Source: Trypanosoma brucei
Taxonomy: Eukaryota
Direction of reading: 5' to 3'
NCBI GenBank assembly: GCA_000002445.1
Contig: CH464491.1
Location: forward strand, 2,624,001-2,688,000
Length of the DNA stretch: 64,000 nucleotides
Part shown: in pieces, positions 1 to 11,127 of the stretch
Layout of the letters: each line of letters begins with the position of its first letter
Numbering within the stretch: the stretch's first letter is position 1
Translations under genes and position numbers: made by a program
The notes under the pieces: generated by a model
The model's input: only the letters and a program-made list of their open reading frames with translations
What the model was told of the DNA's origin: nothing
The model's database searches: none

Positions 1-771
1 ATGATGCCGAACTCTTATTGTTTTGTGATTGGGTATTATAAATTGTGGGGAAATTCTTTGTGGGTGAGCTAAGCTCACCGTCGGTAGTTGCATTGTCTTG
101 TTGCTGTTGTGGTTAGTGTTTTTGTTTAGTGTTGGTTGCCGCATTTTGAGTTGTTGCTCTTTTTGTTTTGTTTTGGAACATTATTCTGAATTGGGTGACG
201 CATGTTAGTGGTGTTTATGCTTGTGTGCGGAGAACCCCTTGTAAAAGAAGAACGAAATTGAACTTTTGTGCTATCTCCAAGCCTTTCCATATAACTGTGA
301 GAGGTGGGGTGGTGCGCATCAATCTTTATTTGCTTTGGGTGGCTCCAGTTTTGCTGTAATGCACTGAAGCTTCCAATACCTTTGGTACTGGTGCTCTGTG
401 GTTGGGCGTGTTTTTGTGTTGCCTGATTTTTTTTCTTTTGTTAACGGAGTGTCGGTGCTGTAGACGGTTGCGGTAATGATGTTTAAACTTGTTTTTTCGT
501 TTGTTTACGGGTTATGTAACACATTGCTTTACTTCCGGCGTTGGTGGGACCGCTGTTGACACGTGTGTTCTGGTTTCAGTGTGTTTTATCTGTGTCCAAC
601 GGTAGCATTGACATCTTACGCCTTTGTTGTCCTCGTTGCCTTGTCACACTTACTTATGGGTATGTGCACTTACCATTTGGAGAGTTTTAGGTGTCGTTTT
701 CTGGCTTTTGCGGGGAGCGCTGTTGCTAGGACGAGTGACGGTTACTTGTTCCCCATTATCACGTTGGGCGC

Positions 772-1563
772 GTGTGTCAGTCCGTTGAAGTGATGACCGT
801 CGCGCGCGACCATGACATCGATGACCATGACACCTCTTTTACGTCATTCGGCGGTGAGCGCCCTCCGTTTGAGCGCATTCCGGTGCCGTCAATGGCGTCA
901 AAGGAGTACACGGAAAACCTCCCCGCTTTTGACAGCGACAGGCCGATGCCCCCTCCACGTAGTGTATTTGAACGTTTTTCGCGTGTGATGCAGCTGCAAT
1001 TTGGACAGGACCCGGACATGCCGCTTTTAGGGAGTCGTGCGGAGCGAAAATACAGGAGCTGGTTGGACTATGTGACAAGCCCCCCGTCACCACTGCTTCC
1101 TCGTAACTACGTAGACGCATATACTCGCCCAAATCCTTGTCCCGAGGAATACTGGTGGGCCTCATGGAGGTGGCCGCGGATTAAATACGTGAACGCCAAG
1201 GTTCCACCTCCCGTAGACGGGAAATACAACGACTACTATCATTACCTGGCCTACAAGAACTGGATGGAACGTGAGCGCGATGTGTACGTGGCGCACGCGA
1301 ACTTGGTTAACGAAATGGCTATGCGGTGTCTAGTGAAGGAAGGACAGTACAACGCCGCCAAGAATTGTCGCCATCTTTATCATAAGGGATTTGCCATGTC
1401 TCGGATGGAGGAGCTTAATCAGACTCTGCTGTACATGGCGCTCACGGGGAACGCGGCTATCCGTGAGACACCATATCCAGAGAACTTTGTGGAAGAAAAG
1501 CGGAAGATCTATGACGATTGGCTGTTCCGCACACGCATGAAGAAACCTGGGGATGTCGCATAG
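772..1563 (+). CDS. hypothetical protein (263 aa), Trp/Tyr-rich, conserved-looking
   Basis: Long + strand ORF in the same orientation as all neighbours; non-repetitive composition; overlapping minus ORFs are shorter. No family recognised. Confidence 0.5.
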   Translation: MCQSVEVMTVARDHDIDDHDTSFTSFGGERPPFERIPVPSMASKEYTENLPAFDSDRPMPPPRSVFERFSRVMQLQFGQDPDMPLLGSRAERKYRSWLDYVTSPPSPLLPRNYVDAYTRPNPCPEEYWWASWRWPRIKYVNAKVPPPVDGKYNDYYHYLAYKNWMERERDVYVAHANLVNEMAMRCLVKEGQYNAAKNCRHLYHKGFAMSRMEELNQTLLYMALTGNAAIRETPYPENFVEEKRKIYDDWLFRTRMKKPGDVA

Positions 1564-2172
1564 TAGTAGTTAGGAGTGCGACAGTGTTTGCCGAAAGGTG
1601 AATGCTAACGGCGGAAATAGCGTATGAAATTGGACGTTTATTCGCTTATTCTTCACCTCACCAAGCTTTTGTCCTCACCTGTCGAATGTGAACGTATTCA
1701 TAAAGATGAAATGTCGCCCATATGGATACACATGAGCGTAAACATGGATTCATATGTACGTGAGCATGTGTTCCCGCGTAGGATATTACTTCTTGTTCAT
1801 TGTTTCGAGACCAATGTATTAGGGTTGTTGGTAGGAATGTCGCCTAGGGGTATGGTGGTTGCCCGTGGTGGGGCGTTACCACTTCAGTGGTGACGTAGTC
1901 TAATGCAACGCAGTCAAGATAGGTTCTGAATTCGTGTTTGGCTTCTGAGCTTGTTTGTCAGATGCGAACTGTACCTTGTCTGGGGTTCTGGGCATGTGCT
2001 GTGCTGTGCTGGGATGGGAATGAAAATATTCCATTCCTAACTTTGTTCATTTTCGTTGTTGTTTTCCCTTATTTGTGTTTAGTAAGCCCCCGTGGTCGAG
2101 TGTCCCCCCCCCCCCACCCCCTGGGGAAAATTGGTATCATATCAGAGTGGTGTCGCAGTGTGAACACGGAGA

Positions 2173-2757
2173 GTGGATAACCAGAGGCGCATCACCATGA
2201 CGGAGGGTGTTGGGCAGGACGGGAACGTAGCTAAAATGATGGACAATATTCGCATCCAGAAACTCATCCGAGCTGTAGATGAGCTCGTCGCGTGGAGCTT
2301 TGTTATGGACGAAAAGGATGTGATCCTTTCAGAGTTGGAGAAGTGTGTGGATGAAGCCGAGAAGGAATTGTTGCGGGCGAGTGACGCCGTTGAGGATCAA
2401 CAACGGCGCTGTGCTCTCGTTCAAGTCCATCGAAGCACGAAGCAGGAAAGAAAAATTCCACAGTCGGCGAGGGGCAGCGATCACAAACTTGAAGAACTGT
2501 GGAAGTCAAAAGGTGAGGCGTTTAAGCGACAGTATGAGTTACACCTGACTACTTATAAACGACTCTTTGATGAGCTGTTGGAGGAGGAACTCCAGCGACT
2601 CAACGGCACCACCACTTCTGCGGGTGACCTCAGACGGCCTCCAGAAGATGTGTGTGGGTCCAGCAGCATGACTGAAATCAGCATCTCTGCGTCCCCTGCT
2701 GCGGGAGGTAACTGTAGTGACGGTGCCGATAGTGATGCTGCGGGTGCCATAGCCTAG
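2173..2757 (+). CDS. hypothetical acidic protein (194 aa), predicted coiled-coil N-terminal half
   Basis: + strand ORF; E/K/L-rich heptad-like segment (ELEKCVDEAEKELLRASDAVEDQQRR); start could also be Met at 2197 (MTEGV..). Confidence 0.45.
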   Translation: MDNQRRITMTEGVGQDGNVAKMMDNIRIQKLIRAVDELVAWSFVMDEKDVILSELEKCVDEAEKELLRASDAVEDQQRRCALVQVHRSTKQERKIPQSARGSDHKLEELWKSKGEAFKRQYELHLTTYKRLFDELLEEELQRLNGTTTSAGDLRRPPEDVCGSSSMTEISISASPAAGGNCSDGADSDAAGAIA

Positions 2758-2888
2758 CTTTCTGTGCTTTGCTCACAAGGGTGCTGAGTTGGCACTTGAC
2801 GAGCAGTATAGTAGTTTCACAGTTGCCCTTTATACCCCCCTTTTAACTTCGTTTGTGCCTATGTCCTTAACACAGACACATTAAGCAG

Positions 2889-5357
2889 TTGTCATGCTCC
2901 GACTTTCAATACGCTTTTAAACTTGTCTTCTTCATATTCCACGTTTTCTCACCTTACGTTGAGGCAAGGACGTTCAAGGGAGGTAAAACCTCCGGAACAA
3001 GTGAGGGAGAGTACGTTATTACTGCCCATAAAGAGGACATGGACCCCCTTTTACTTTCCAGGGAAGAGTTGGAGGAGGCACAACGCGCAATAAAGCGGAG
3101 AAGGGATACGATTCGGACTGCCACAACGGAACGTATCCAGACTGAGCTTCAGCCTACCGGAAGCGGTAGTTTAGCAAAAAGAACCGTCCCAAACTCTATT
3201 CCAGATAAGGAAAAGGCGGAGAGCAACTCGGGTGTTGTGAAAAAATTGAAGGAAGAGCTACGTCGGCGTACGGAAGAGTTAGAAAACTCAGTAAATGAGC
3301 AGCGACGGGCAAGGGAGGAGTACAAGCGTCTGAAGTCCGTCTTTGAGTCATTTGTTGTTGAGGTTTGCGAGCGTGAAGAGGCGTACAAAATTGTTTTTTC
3401 CAAGGCTTATGAAGAAGTTGAAAAGCACAAGAAGCATTGTGAAGGTTTGCAACGCCAGCTTGAGGAGCGGTCATCTACTACCACAGTAGCTGCTACCGTG
3501 CAAGTGCCTGTAGCCGACACCACCACTCCACCCGTTGCCGTTGGTTCAAGGACTTTGCACGAGATCATTGATCAATTCCGCACCATGATCGATGAACTCG
3601 AATGCCGGGTGGGGTGCCATGGAAGTGATGACAACCAAAGCCGTGTGGCTGCCACAGACATTAGCAATCCCGACAAACATAGGCGTAGTGCTGCCACGGG
3701 TACACGTAACCGAGCCGAGCAAAAGCAAAAGCAGCAGGTCAGTGAGGGTAAACACCAGCTACAACCACATGGCCAGAATGATCAGCCGAAGGAGGAAGTG
3801 GTTGGGGTCGTTTCCGGCTCGGTGGTTCCCGCCCGAGGCGCAGCGGTGTTGAGCAGACCGCAAGCCCCGGTGGCGCGAAGTGCCGTTTCTGCCCCCAAGA
3901 AACGAAGAGCGGCGAAAAGTGAATCAGCGGCTGCTGTTAAGCGTGCCGCTGCGGAGAAGTGTAATCAAGCAAGTACCTCCTCACTTTTCACAAGCTTTTC
4001 AACTTTGTCGGAGCGACCGAAGAAGTCAGAGGTGAATTTTGGCAGTGAGCCCATTGAGGATTACTTGGCTCTACTAAAGAAAACAGACTTGAGCAAAGTT
4101 GATGTTCTTCGTCGGGAATTGATGAACTTTTGCAACTCGGATGTTAATGTTGTTGCGACTTATGTGGTGGAACACTTTCTAAGAAAGGCTCTGTTAACCC
4201 CCCCTATGACCGCGCTGTGGAATGAAACTGTTGAAGCCATGCACATTGATGTCGACGTTTTTCCCGCATTTGTTCGGCTCGTTGTTCGCAAGCTCGTCCA
4301 CCTTCTAGGGCCAGACACCGCGGTGTCGGCGGGAAATACTTTGGATCACAGCCCACAGCTCCAACGCTTGTCGCTTGTGCTGCGTCTAGCTTGTGTCGTC
4401 CGGCTGCGTGAGACCGAGAGCGGTGGAGATGCACTCTTTTTTGCCTTTTACGAGTCCACGATAAGCGCCTTACGGAGCTGGCGTCTCTCAAGCACCGCGG
4501 AGGGTCAGCGAGACGTGCTGAAATTATGGATGATTGCGGTGCGACACCTCTATGGATTTGTAGAGGACTTCCACATGTTGACGCGGTACTACGCTAATAC
4601 CGATGGTGTGATGGAGGCGTTGACTCTTCCGAAGTTGCTTACCTGCTACGCAGTGCGGGCTGTTATGGGTAACTGCTACTTCATTCCGTCTGCGCAGCCG
4701 TCACTGGTGGAGGTAGAAGCCGATGTGCAGCTTTGGACTACCTTTTGTGACGCTATGGATTGGAGCGGGAGTGAGCTGCCCATTGACGGTATCGGCGCTG
4801 CTGCCGTTAACATTCTTTCGCATAGCACTGACGAACGCAGTCGCGGTGAGGCGCTCCTCTCCTTGCGCCTGCTAGTTCTCCAGAAGGGCTTTGGGTTCTT
4901 GCAATCTCTAACAGAGCGGTTGCGTGTTGCTAGTGGTGATGTAGACGTCGACGAGGCTTTCGCAGAACTGTTTAGCCTCGCTGTTGTTGATCTACAGTTA
5001 GAAGACCCTCTGGACGATCAATGGGATCGAGCGATGTCGTTTTTCATGGATTACCTGTACAACTGCTCTGTTGAGCAAGTGAACTCCGTGGAAGAGTTGC
5101 TCACTGGCTGCAAGGAAGCCCACCTGCTTGTGCTGCGCGCCGTGTTCCAGTTGTGCAGTGGTACTGGAGCGCTGGCAGAGCAACGGGTTGAGCATGCAAC
5201 CAGAGCTCTGCGGTGGCTGAAGGCGCTTCGAGTTGGTCTTGACCGCTCCGCGCGTGGAGTTGCTTCATCACCGTTGACTTCTGTGTCTAAAGGTCATCTA
5301 CTTGACCGGACGTCGCTCGGGAAAGATCTAGTTTATCTTTGCCGACATGACTTGTAG
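2889..5357 (+). CDS. hypothetical protein (822 aa); N-terminal coiled-coil, Ala/Lys-rich linker, Leu-rich helical C-terminal domain
   Basis: Uninterrupted 2.4 kb + ORF; true start may be the downstream Met (MDPLLLSREELEEAQ..) because the first ~50 codons are Phe-rich, pyrimidine-tract-like sequence. Confidence 0.6.
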   Translation: MSCSDFQYAFKLVFFIFHVFSPYVEARTFKGGKTSGTSEGEYVITAHKEDMDPLLLSREELEEAQRAIKRRRDTIRTATTERIQTELQPTGSGSLAKRTVPNSIPDKEKAESNSGVVKKLKEELRRRTEELENSVNEQRRAREEYKRLKSVFESFVVEVCEREEAYKIVFSKAYEEVEKHKKHCEGLQRQLEERSSTTTVAATVQVPVADTTTPPVAVGSRTLHEIIDQFRTMIDELECRVGCHGSDDNQSRVAATDISNPDKHRRSAATGTRNRAEQKQKQQVSEGKHQLQPHGQNDQPKEEVVGVVSGSVVPARGAAVLSRPQAPVARSAVSAPKKRRAAKSESAAAVKRAAAEKCNQASTSSLFTSFSTLSERPKKSEVNFGSEPIEDYLALLKKTDLSKVDVLRRELMNFCNSDVNVVATYVVEHFLRKALLTPPMTALWNETVEAMHIDVDVFPAFVRLVVRKLVHLLGPDTAVSAGNTLDHSPQLQRLSLVLRLACVVRLRETESGGDALFFAFYESTISALRSWRLSSTAEGQRDVLKLWMIAVRHLYGFVEDFHMLTRYYANTDGVMEALTLPKLLTCYAVRAVMGNCYFIPSAQPSLVEVEADVQLWTTFCDAMDWSGSELPIDGIGAAAVNILSHSTDERSRGEALLSLRLLVLQKGFGFLQSLTERLRVASGDVDVDEAFAELFSLAVVDLQLEDPLDDQWDRAMSFFMDYLYNCSVEQVNSVEELLTGCKEAHLLVLRAVFQLCSGTGALAEQRVEHATRALRWLKALRVGLDRSARGVASSPLTSVSKGHLLDRTSLGKDLVYLCRHDL

Positions 5358-5572
5358 TGTTTGCCTGTCTTTCAGTTCTGTAACAATAATGCACTATTCC
5401 CCCTGCACACACTACGATTTAACTCTGCATTTACAGCACTGCAAGCATTTCGTTGTGTGTTGTTTTGATTCTCTACCAGCGTGGAGCGTTCAGTTATACT
5501 TGTGGTATCTGTGCACGATGTTTTTTTTTTCCACCTTCGTTCATTGTGCTCGTTTAGGGACACGATAAATAG

Positions 5573-6457
5573 ATGGTCTTACTGAGTGTTAAGGGTACGA
5601 CATTTCCCGATGAGTTTGTCTACGAATGCACAGCTGCTACAGCCATTTACCCTGATTTAGCTAGGAACCTTTGCCACATTCAAAATAGCCGTCACCTAGT
5701 GAAGTTGATACTACTTTCTGCTCGTGAGTTGCTCGACGAGGCTAGGTGCAAGAAACGGGTGGAGGTAGTTGATGAGGGTCCTGGGGATGGTGGTGCCAAT
5801 AGCTACTCTGCACTTTTAACGGAGTACGGCGCCATAATCGAGTCAACCAGTGCGCGGCTAAAGGACAGGGTCGTGCCCGTCAGTTTAGAGGAATTTGATC
5901 AATATGCCGACCGTTTGCGCGAGCTGACCGAACGGCTGTACCCCGAGGAGTGCTGTGTTCCAGAGGGTGGGCGGAGTGCCGCAGTGGATCGGCTCTATCA
6001 ATTGCATGATGACCCCAACCTTGATGAGGACCGCCGCCTCGCTGTTTACCACTGCCGTGCCATTCTGGACCCCCAGTGGAAGTCACATGAGCAGCAGAAG
6101 GAAGACAAGGCAGGTCTGTGGTTCTGTGGGAAGTTGATGGAGGACACTATCGCAAGATACTCTGGCAAAAATGAGAAGAGCCGGCTGACGGTTAAAGTGC
6201 ATCCAAAGGACAGTGTTCCCCCAAGCACGGAGCCGAGGATAAGTTACGATGACCAGAGAGCGTTGTATGAACGGATGCGCACAAGGCGTGAAGAGTACAA
6301 GGGACTTGAGGAGTCGGAGTTGCGTGATCGTGTGGTGGCTCAGGCGAGGGGGAAGGTAGCATTAACCGCTCCGGCCGCCGCCTCTCCCGCTATGTCAATG
6401 GATTTGTCGCGGCTTCGACCGATCTGTCCCAAGCGAGAGGAACATGAGGTGAATTGA
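5573..6457 (+). CDS. hypothetical protein (294 aa)
   Basis: + ORF with normal composition, in an 885-bp interval between flanking + genes. Confidence 0.5.
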   Translation: MVLLSVKGTTFPDEFVYECTAATAIYPDLARNLCHIQNSRHLVKLILLSARELLDEARCKKRVEVVDEGPGDGGANSYSALLTEYGAIIESTSARLKDRVVPVSLEEFDQYADRLRELTERLYPEECCVPEGGRSAAVDRLYQLHDDPNLDEDRRLAVYHCRAILDPQWKSHEQQKEDKAGLWFCGKLMEDTIARYSGKNEKSRLTVKVHPKDSVPPSTEPRISYDDQRALYERMRTRREEYKGLEESELRDRVVAQARGKVALTAPAAASPAMSMDLSRLRPICPKREEHEVN

Positions 6458-6880
6458 GGCACCCGGAGGCGCTTCGGTTTGTATGTTTATGTGCGGCCGT
6501 CGTTGGCTGATAGCTGTGCCACATTCTCCGATGTGCTATGGCTCCTTGTTCATCATGTGCATCCAGAGTTGAGGGGTGGTGTGTGTATGGGGAGTGTCCG
6601 AGATCACAGTTAGAATAACGCCCCACCGCCTCTTCTGCGCAGGGGTGGCTGTTCGCGTGCTTTCCCGGGTAGGTGATGTTCTCGAGGAAGGGGCCTCCAG
6701 GTAATTGGGTGCTTGAAGCGGCTTATTTGCCCTTTCTCTATTTTTAGTTCTACTTTCCCTCTTTTTTGTTTTTATTCGATGCGTCACGTGATCTTCTTTA
6801 TGGAAACAGCAGCAAGTGGAGGAGGGATATAGAGGAAAGGTCTAGGGCTCTGGGGTGCGCCTTCGAGTTTTTTCACGTAC

Positions 6881-7453
6881 TTGCAGTTCATGAGCTCCCT
6901 TAAGTCGGTAGCAAGAGAGCTGCGCGAGTTCGCTGCTGGGCTCGCCGATTCGCGCGGGGTGCAGTCTGAAGAGCTCACCTCACGGCAGGACGCCCTTCTG
7001 CTTTTAGCTTTGAGTGCCTTGAAGGAATTGGAGACATCCGGTTCACCTGCGGATTTGGCACAAGCCGCCAAGAGTGCTAGGCGACTGCTGCGGGTGTTTC
7101 TTCCCCACCCCGTAGTTGAGAAAGGCCAGAGTTTGGAATATGAACAACAGGATTCGGAAAGGCCTAGTCGGAAACGGGAACGAGAGAGCAAGGACGACAC
7201 GGGAAAGGCTGAAAAGGAGGAGTCTGATAACGTCAGCGTGGATCTCGGCCAGTACGCAAAGGCGCATGTCTTCGATGACAATGCGAAGAAACGCGACAAA
7301 TTTGCGCGACTCATGGGTGGACGGAGGAATGAAGGGTCCCATCACAACACATTTGCACCTGACAAAACCACTATAAAGCGGATCAACGGCGAACTGGAGG
7401 AGCAGTTTAACAACGCTCTTGTAAGATCTGGTAGGAAGGGTCTTGGCGCGTGA
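6881..7453 (+). CDS. small acidic protein-like (SMAP family motif KFARLMGG near C-terminus)
   Basis: 190-aa acidic, Ser/Glu-rich ORF ending in KRDKFARLMGGRR, resembling the conserved KF(L/A)RLMG signature of the eukaryotic 'small acidic protein' family. From memory, not verified. Confidence 0.45.
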   Translation: MQFMSSLKSVARELREFAAGLADSRGVQSEELTSRQDALLLLALSALKELETSGSPADLAQAAKSARRLLRVFLPHPVVEKGQSLEYEQQDSERPSRKRERESKDDTGKAEKEESDNVSVDLGQYAKAHVFDDNAKKRDKFARLMGGRRNEGSHHNTFAPDKTTIKRINGELEEQFNNALVRSGRKGLGA

Positions 7454-7538
7454 GTCGCAACTTACACATGTAAGAATGTTACTCTGCATTGTGAGATGCA
7501 CCGGGAGTAACATTGCCTGGAAGGTGGTACTGATGCCA

Positions 7539-7560
7539 CCCCCCCCCCACACACACACAC
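7539..7560. repeat. C10 homopolymer followed by (AC)6
   Basis: ccccccccccacacacacacac read directly. Confidence 0.85.
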
Positions 7561-7800
7561 AATTTTCCCCCCTAGTCCTAGGTTTTTACTTGTCGGAACT
7601 TTTTGTGACGTCGAGCTGTTCGTAGGGACAGCTTTAACAACTCCGTGTAAGGGTACACAATTAACCCCCGTCCCTCAGGCGAAGGAAGGGGCCGACCGAA
7701 GGGCCTTTTGAGCTGCACCTGGACATAAGATTATTGATTGTCTTCTCTAAGGTAGCTTTCCGTTTGTGCTAGTCTCCCTTGTAGTATTCAAAATTTTAAA

Positions 7801-7914
7801 TTTCCGCTTCGCTTCCCTTTCCTCGTTCTGTTGTTCAGCATGTTACCGCGAACCATGCAGTGTAATCATATGTCTTCATTTAACCCCCTCTCCTCGTTTT
7901 CTTCTTTTCCACTA
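7801..7914 (+). promoter_or_regulatory. two pyrimidine-rich tracts with downstream AGs upstream of the 2-OGDH E1 gene (trans-splice acceptor candidates)
   Basis: tttccgcttcgcttccctttcctcgttctgttgttcAG (7801-7838) and tgtcttcatttaaccccctctcctcgttttcttcttttccactAG (7861-7905). Confidence 0.45.
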
Positions 7915-8109
7915 GGAAGTTAACCTACGCAAAACTTTTGTTGACGCCGACCACGGATCTTGCGATCGCACAAACGAGCAGACACGGATTCGCACTGCAC
8001 TTGGGTATTAGCATTGATAACGGAACAACTGTCAGTGTGGGGACAGTTAGAAAAAATTAATTAAGGAAGCGAAAAAGAAAGAAGAGACGAGGTGACTGAA
8101 TTCTGAACG

Positions 8110-11100
8110 ATGATGCGAAGGCTCAGTCCTGTGAACGGTTCGGTGGTTTCGCCCAATGTCGTAGCAGCGGTGTCATCGGTGCTTCAGCGGCAGCAACGCC
8201 ATCAGTCCGACGCCCCACTCAGGCGACTGTTGTATGAAAACGACAGTTTTCTCAGCGGCACCTCGGCTAGGTACATCGAATCGATGTACGAAAATTGGAA
8301 GGCAGATAAAAGTTCCGTGAACGAATCGTGGAATGAGGTATTCTCCTCAAGGGACCTGCAGTCATTTGAGAGACCACTCCTAACTTCACCCATCCGTGTT
8401 GTACCAGCTTCAGCTGAGGACAAGATGGAGGTGGCACAATCGCAGGATATCTGCGCGCGACTGACGTTAATGATCCAAGCGTTTGAGGACTACGGGCATC
8501 TTGCAGCTCGAACTGACCCTCTGGATGCTGAGGATGACTCTCTTCACCGTTCCCCGCAGGTTAAACCCAGAGAGAGGGTACACCTTGGTCTTGAAAGCTT
8601 TGGTTTTTCGAAGGAAGATCATGACCGTGTCGTACGTGTGGGTTTCATGGATCAATTGGGAGGCGCGATGAGCTCGAGCAGCAGGGCCATGACTATCAAG
8701 GAGCTGCACGACCATTTGACGAAGTGTTTCTGTGGGCGCGTGGGATGCGAATTAGGACACGTTGATGATGCAAATGTCGTCTGTTTCGTCCGTGAAGTTG
8801 TGGAGGGTTATAACACTGAGCACAATCCACTGCGGCGCCCGTTGTCCAAGGAGGAGAAACTGTGGGTGTGGGACCTTGTTGCCTCCGCCGTGCACTTTGA
8901 AGATTTCTTCAAGCGTAAGTATACCACACAGAAGAGGTTCGGTTGCGATGGCGCAGAGTCACTTATTGTTGGTTTGCGTTCACTCATGGAGTCAGCCTCT
9001 GATCACGGTGTTGAGAAGGTTAATTTCGGTATGGCACATCGTGGTCGTTTGAATACACTGTATAACGTTATCGGTAAGTCATTCCCAGTGATATTAAAAG
9101 AGTTTGTAGGTATCACGGCCCCTGAACTGGAACCATTTAAGGTACAATCCGATGTGAAGTACCATCTTGGGGCCAAATCTACGGTGAAGATGCGCAATGG
9201 AAAGTTGATGTTTACAGAATTGCTCGCCAACCCATCACATCTGGAGGCAGTCAACCCGGTCTTGCAAGGGTACACCAGGGCAGCACAACTCAAGCACGGA
9301 GACGCTGGGCAGTCGAAGGTACTCCCCGTGGAGATACACGGCGATGCTGCTTTTGCTGGGCAAGGTGTCACATTCGAGACGATGTGCATCAGTGAGGTTC
9401 CCAAGTTTACGACAGGTGGTACTATTCACGTTGTGGTTAACAACCAGATTGGCTTCACTACGGACCCCCGGTGCTCCCGAAGCAGTCCGTACTGCTCTGA
9501 CCTGGGCCGTGCCTTTCAGTGTCCCATTTTCCATGTAAATGGTGATTGTCCTGAGGATGTCGCTCGTGTGTTTGCGTTCGCTGTGGACCTCCGTTCAAGG
9601 TTCAACAAGTCTGTTGTTATTGATCTGGTGTGCTATCGCCGGTATGGACACAACGAAAATGACGATCCCACTATCACGCAGCCCCTCTTATACAAGCGAG
9701 TTCACGCGACACCCGATGTGTTTGCCCGCTACTCAGAAAAGCTTGTTGAAGAGGGAGTCGTGACCAAAGAGCAACAGACGGCCAAGGCCAAGGAGCAGAA
9801 GGATCACTACGGAAAATATCAGAGTGAGGTCGGGAATATACGGTACAGCGATTACCTCAAGTCCGGCATACCTGAGCTGTGGAGAGGCATGAAGTACTCA
9901 GATGAACTCGGAGAAGTGACATTGGAGCCCACCGCTGTTGCGCGGGAAAGTCTCCAACCGGTGATTGATTCGCTTAAAAAGGTGCCGGAGGGGTTTGTGG
10001 TTAATTCCAAACTCAAGGCGGTGCTCGAGCAGCGAGTCCAGTCTCTGGAGAAGGGTGAAAAGATTGATTGGGGCGCTGCTGAAGCGCTTGCCTTTGGTTC
10101 ACTATTACTGGAGGGCACTCATGTACGGGTGATGGGTCAGGACGTGGAGCGCGGCACATTTTCGCACAGACACGCAGTTTTACATGACCAGAACAAAGTT
10201 GACACGTACACGCCGCTCGCCCATATAAGGAAGGACCAGGCACCGTTCATAATCACTAACAGCCCTCTCAATGAGTATGGGGTACTGGGTTATGCCAGCG
10301 GTTACGCCATTTACGACCCCAATGCGCTTGTTTTGTGGGAAGCACAATTCGGTGACTTTGCTAACGGAGCCGCCATTATTTTTGATCAATTCCTTTCCAG
10401 TGGAGAAACCAAATGGAATCAGCAGCAGGCGGTCGTCGTTTCTCTTCCCCATGGATTCGATGGGCGCGGAGCGGAACACAGCAGCGGCCGCATTGAGAGG
10501 TTCTTGCAAGCCGTCGCAGAAGACGTGGACACTCCGGCGTACTCCCCTGAGGAGCGCGCCCACCGTGTAAATATGGAGGTTGTGTTCCCCAGCACACCGG
10601 CGCAGTACTTCCACTTGTTGCGCCGGCACGTCCGTCGCAATTTCCGCAAGCCGCTTATGTTATTCTTTTCGAAACAGTTCTTGCGCACACCGAACGAGTC
10701 ATCCATGGAACAAATAACCAGTGGCGGTTTCCAACCTGTTATCGGTGACCCATCCGTTCCACCCGAGAAGGCGCGTCGCCTCGTGATGTGCACTGGGCAA
10801 ATATACCACATCCTCAATAGGTACCGTGAATCCAACAACTGTGGACGGGACGTGGCGCTTGTGCGGATCGAGGAGCTCTCACCATTCCCAGTTGCTGAGG
10901 TGCAGAAGTTGTTGGCGGATTACAGTGGTGTCGAGCTGATGTGGGCACAGGAAGAGCCACGCAATCAAGGCGCCTTTTATCACGTTGAATCGCGTGTGGA
11001 GTACTACACGGGAGGAGCCCGAGAGCTGCGATATGCTGGGCGTGCGATCAGTGCTGCCCCTTCTACGGCCTACAAGAGCACTCACGACGCCGAGGAGAGG

Positions 11101-11127
11101 TACATTTGCGAATGCGTATTTTCATAA
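8110..11127 (+). CDS. 2-oxoglutarate dehydrogenase E1 component (TPP-dependent), mitochondrial
   Basis: 1005 aa. N-terminal 2-OGDH_N-like segment (YIESMYENWKADKSSVNESWNEVF), ThDP-binding region (IHGDAAFAGQGV.. GFTTDP), transketolase-like and C-terminal OGDH domain blocks (QEEPRNQGAFYHV). N-terminus is Arg/Ser-rich, consistent with a mitochondrial presequence. Confidence 0.95.
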   Translation: MMRRLSPVNGSVVSPNVVAAVSSVLQRQQRHQSDAPLRRLLYENDSFLSGTSARYIESMYENWKADKSSVNESWNEVFSSRDLQSFERPLLTSPIRVVPASAEDKMEVAQSQDICARLTLMIQAFEDYGHLAARTDPLDAEDDSLHRSPQVKPRERVHLGLESFGFSKEDHDRVVRVGFMDQLGGAMSSSSRAMTIKELHDHLTKCFCGRVGCELGHVDDANVVCFVREVVEGYNTEHNPLRRPLSKEEKLWVWDLVASAVHFEDFFKRKYTTQKRFGCDGAESLIVGLRSLMESASDHGVEKVNFGMAHRGRLNTLYNVIGKSFPVILKEFVGITAPELEPFKVQSDVKYHLGAKSTVKMRNGKLMFTELLANPSHLEAVNPVLQGYTRAAQLKHGDAGQSKVLPVEIHGDAAFAGQGVTFETMCISEVPKFTTGGTIHVVVNNQIGFTTDPRCSRSSPYCSDLGRAFQCPIFHVNGDCPEDVARVFAFAVDLRSRFNKSVVIDLVCYRRYGHNENDDPTITQPLLYKRVHATPDVFARYSEKLVEEGVVTKEQQTAKAKEQKDHYGKYQSEVGNIRYSDYLKSGIPELWRGMKYSDELGEVTLEPTAVARESLQPVIDSLKKVPEGFVVNSKLKAVLEQRVQSLEKGEKIDWGAAEALAFGSLLLEGTHVRVMGQDVERGTFSHRHAVLHDQNKVDTYTPLAHIRKDQAPFIITNSPLNEYGVLGYASGYAIYDPNALVLWEAQFGDFANGAAIIFDQFLSSGETKWNQQQAVVVSLPHGFDGRGAEHSSGRIERFLQAVAEDVDTPAYSPEERAHRVNMEVVFPSTPAQYFHLLRRHVRRNFRKPLMLFFSKQFLRTPNESSMEQITSGGFQPVIGDPSVPPEKARRLVMCTGQIYHILNRYRESNNCGRDVALVRIEELSPFPVAEVQKLLADYSGVELMWAQEEPRNQGAFYHVESRVEYYTGGARELRYAGRAISAAPSTAYKSTHDAEERYICECVFS

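Noticed and set aside
1-84. ATG-initiated ORF at the very start of the window (27 codons)
   Set aside because: Too short, GT/pyrimidine-rich low-complexity sequence; likely intergenic.
1624-2180. + ORFs 1624-1893 and 1938-2180 between the first two genes
   Set aside because: Short, Cys/Leu/Val-rich, include a C13 homopolymer; look like spacer/UTR sequence rather than genes.
10180-10629. Minus-strand ORFs overlapping + strand genes (e.g. 10180-10629, 9003-9404, 28238-28723, 33828-34259, 39633-40196, 40498-41124, 41917-42546, 48549-49157, 49532-50107, 50990-51556)
   Set aside because: Each lies wholly inside a longer, homology-supported + strand CDS. Their products are low-complexity or Arg/Ser/Pro-rich, as expected for antisense shadows of GC-rich coding sequence. 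In a unidirectional kinetoplastid polycistron, opposite-strand genes are not expected.
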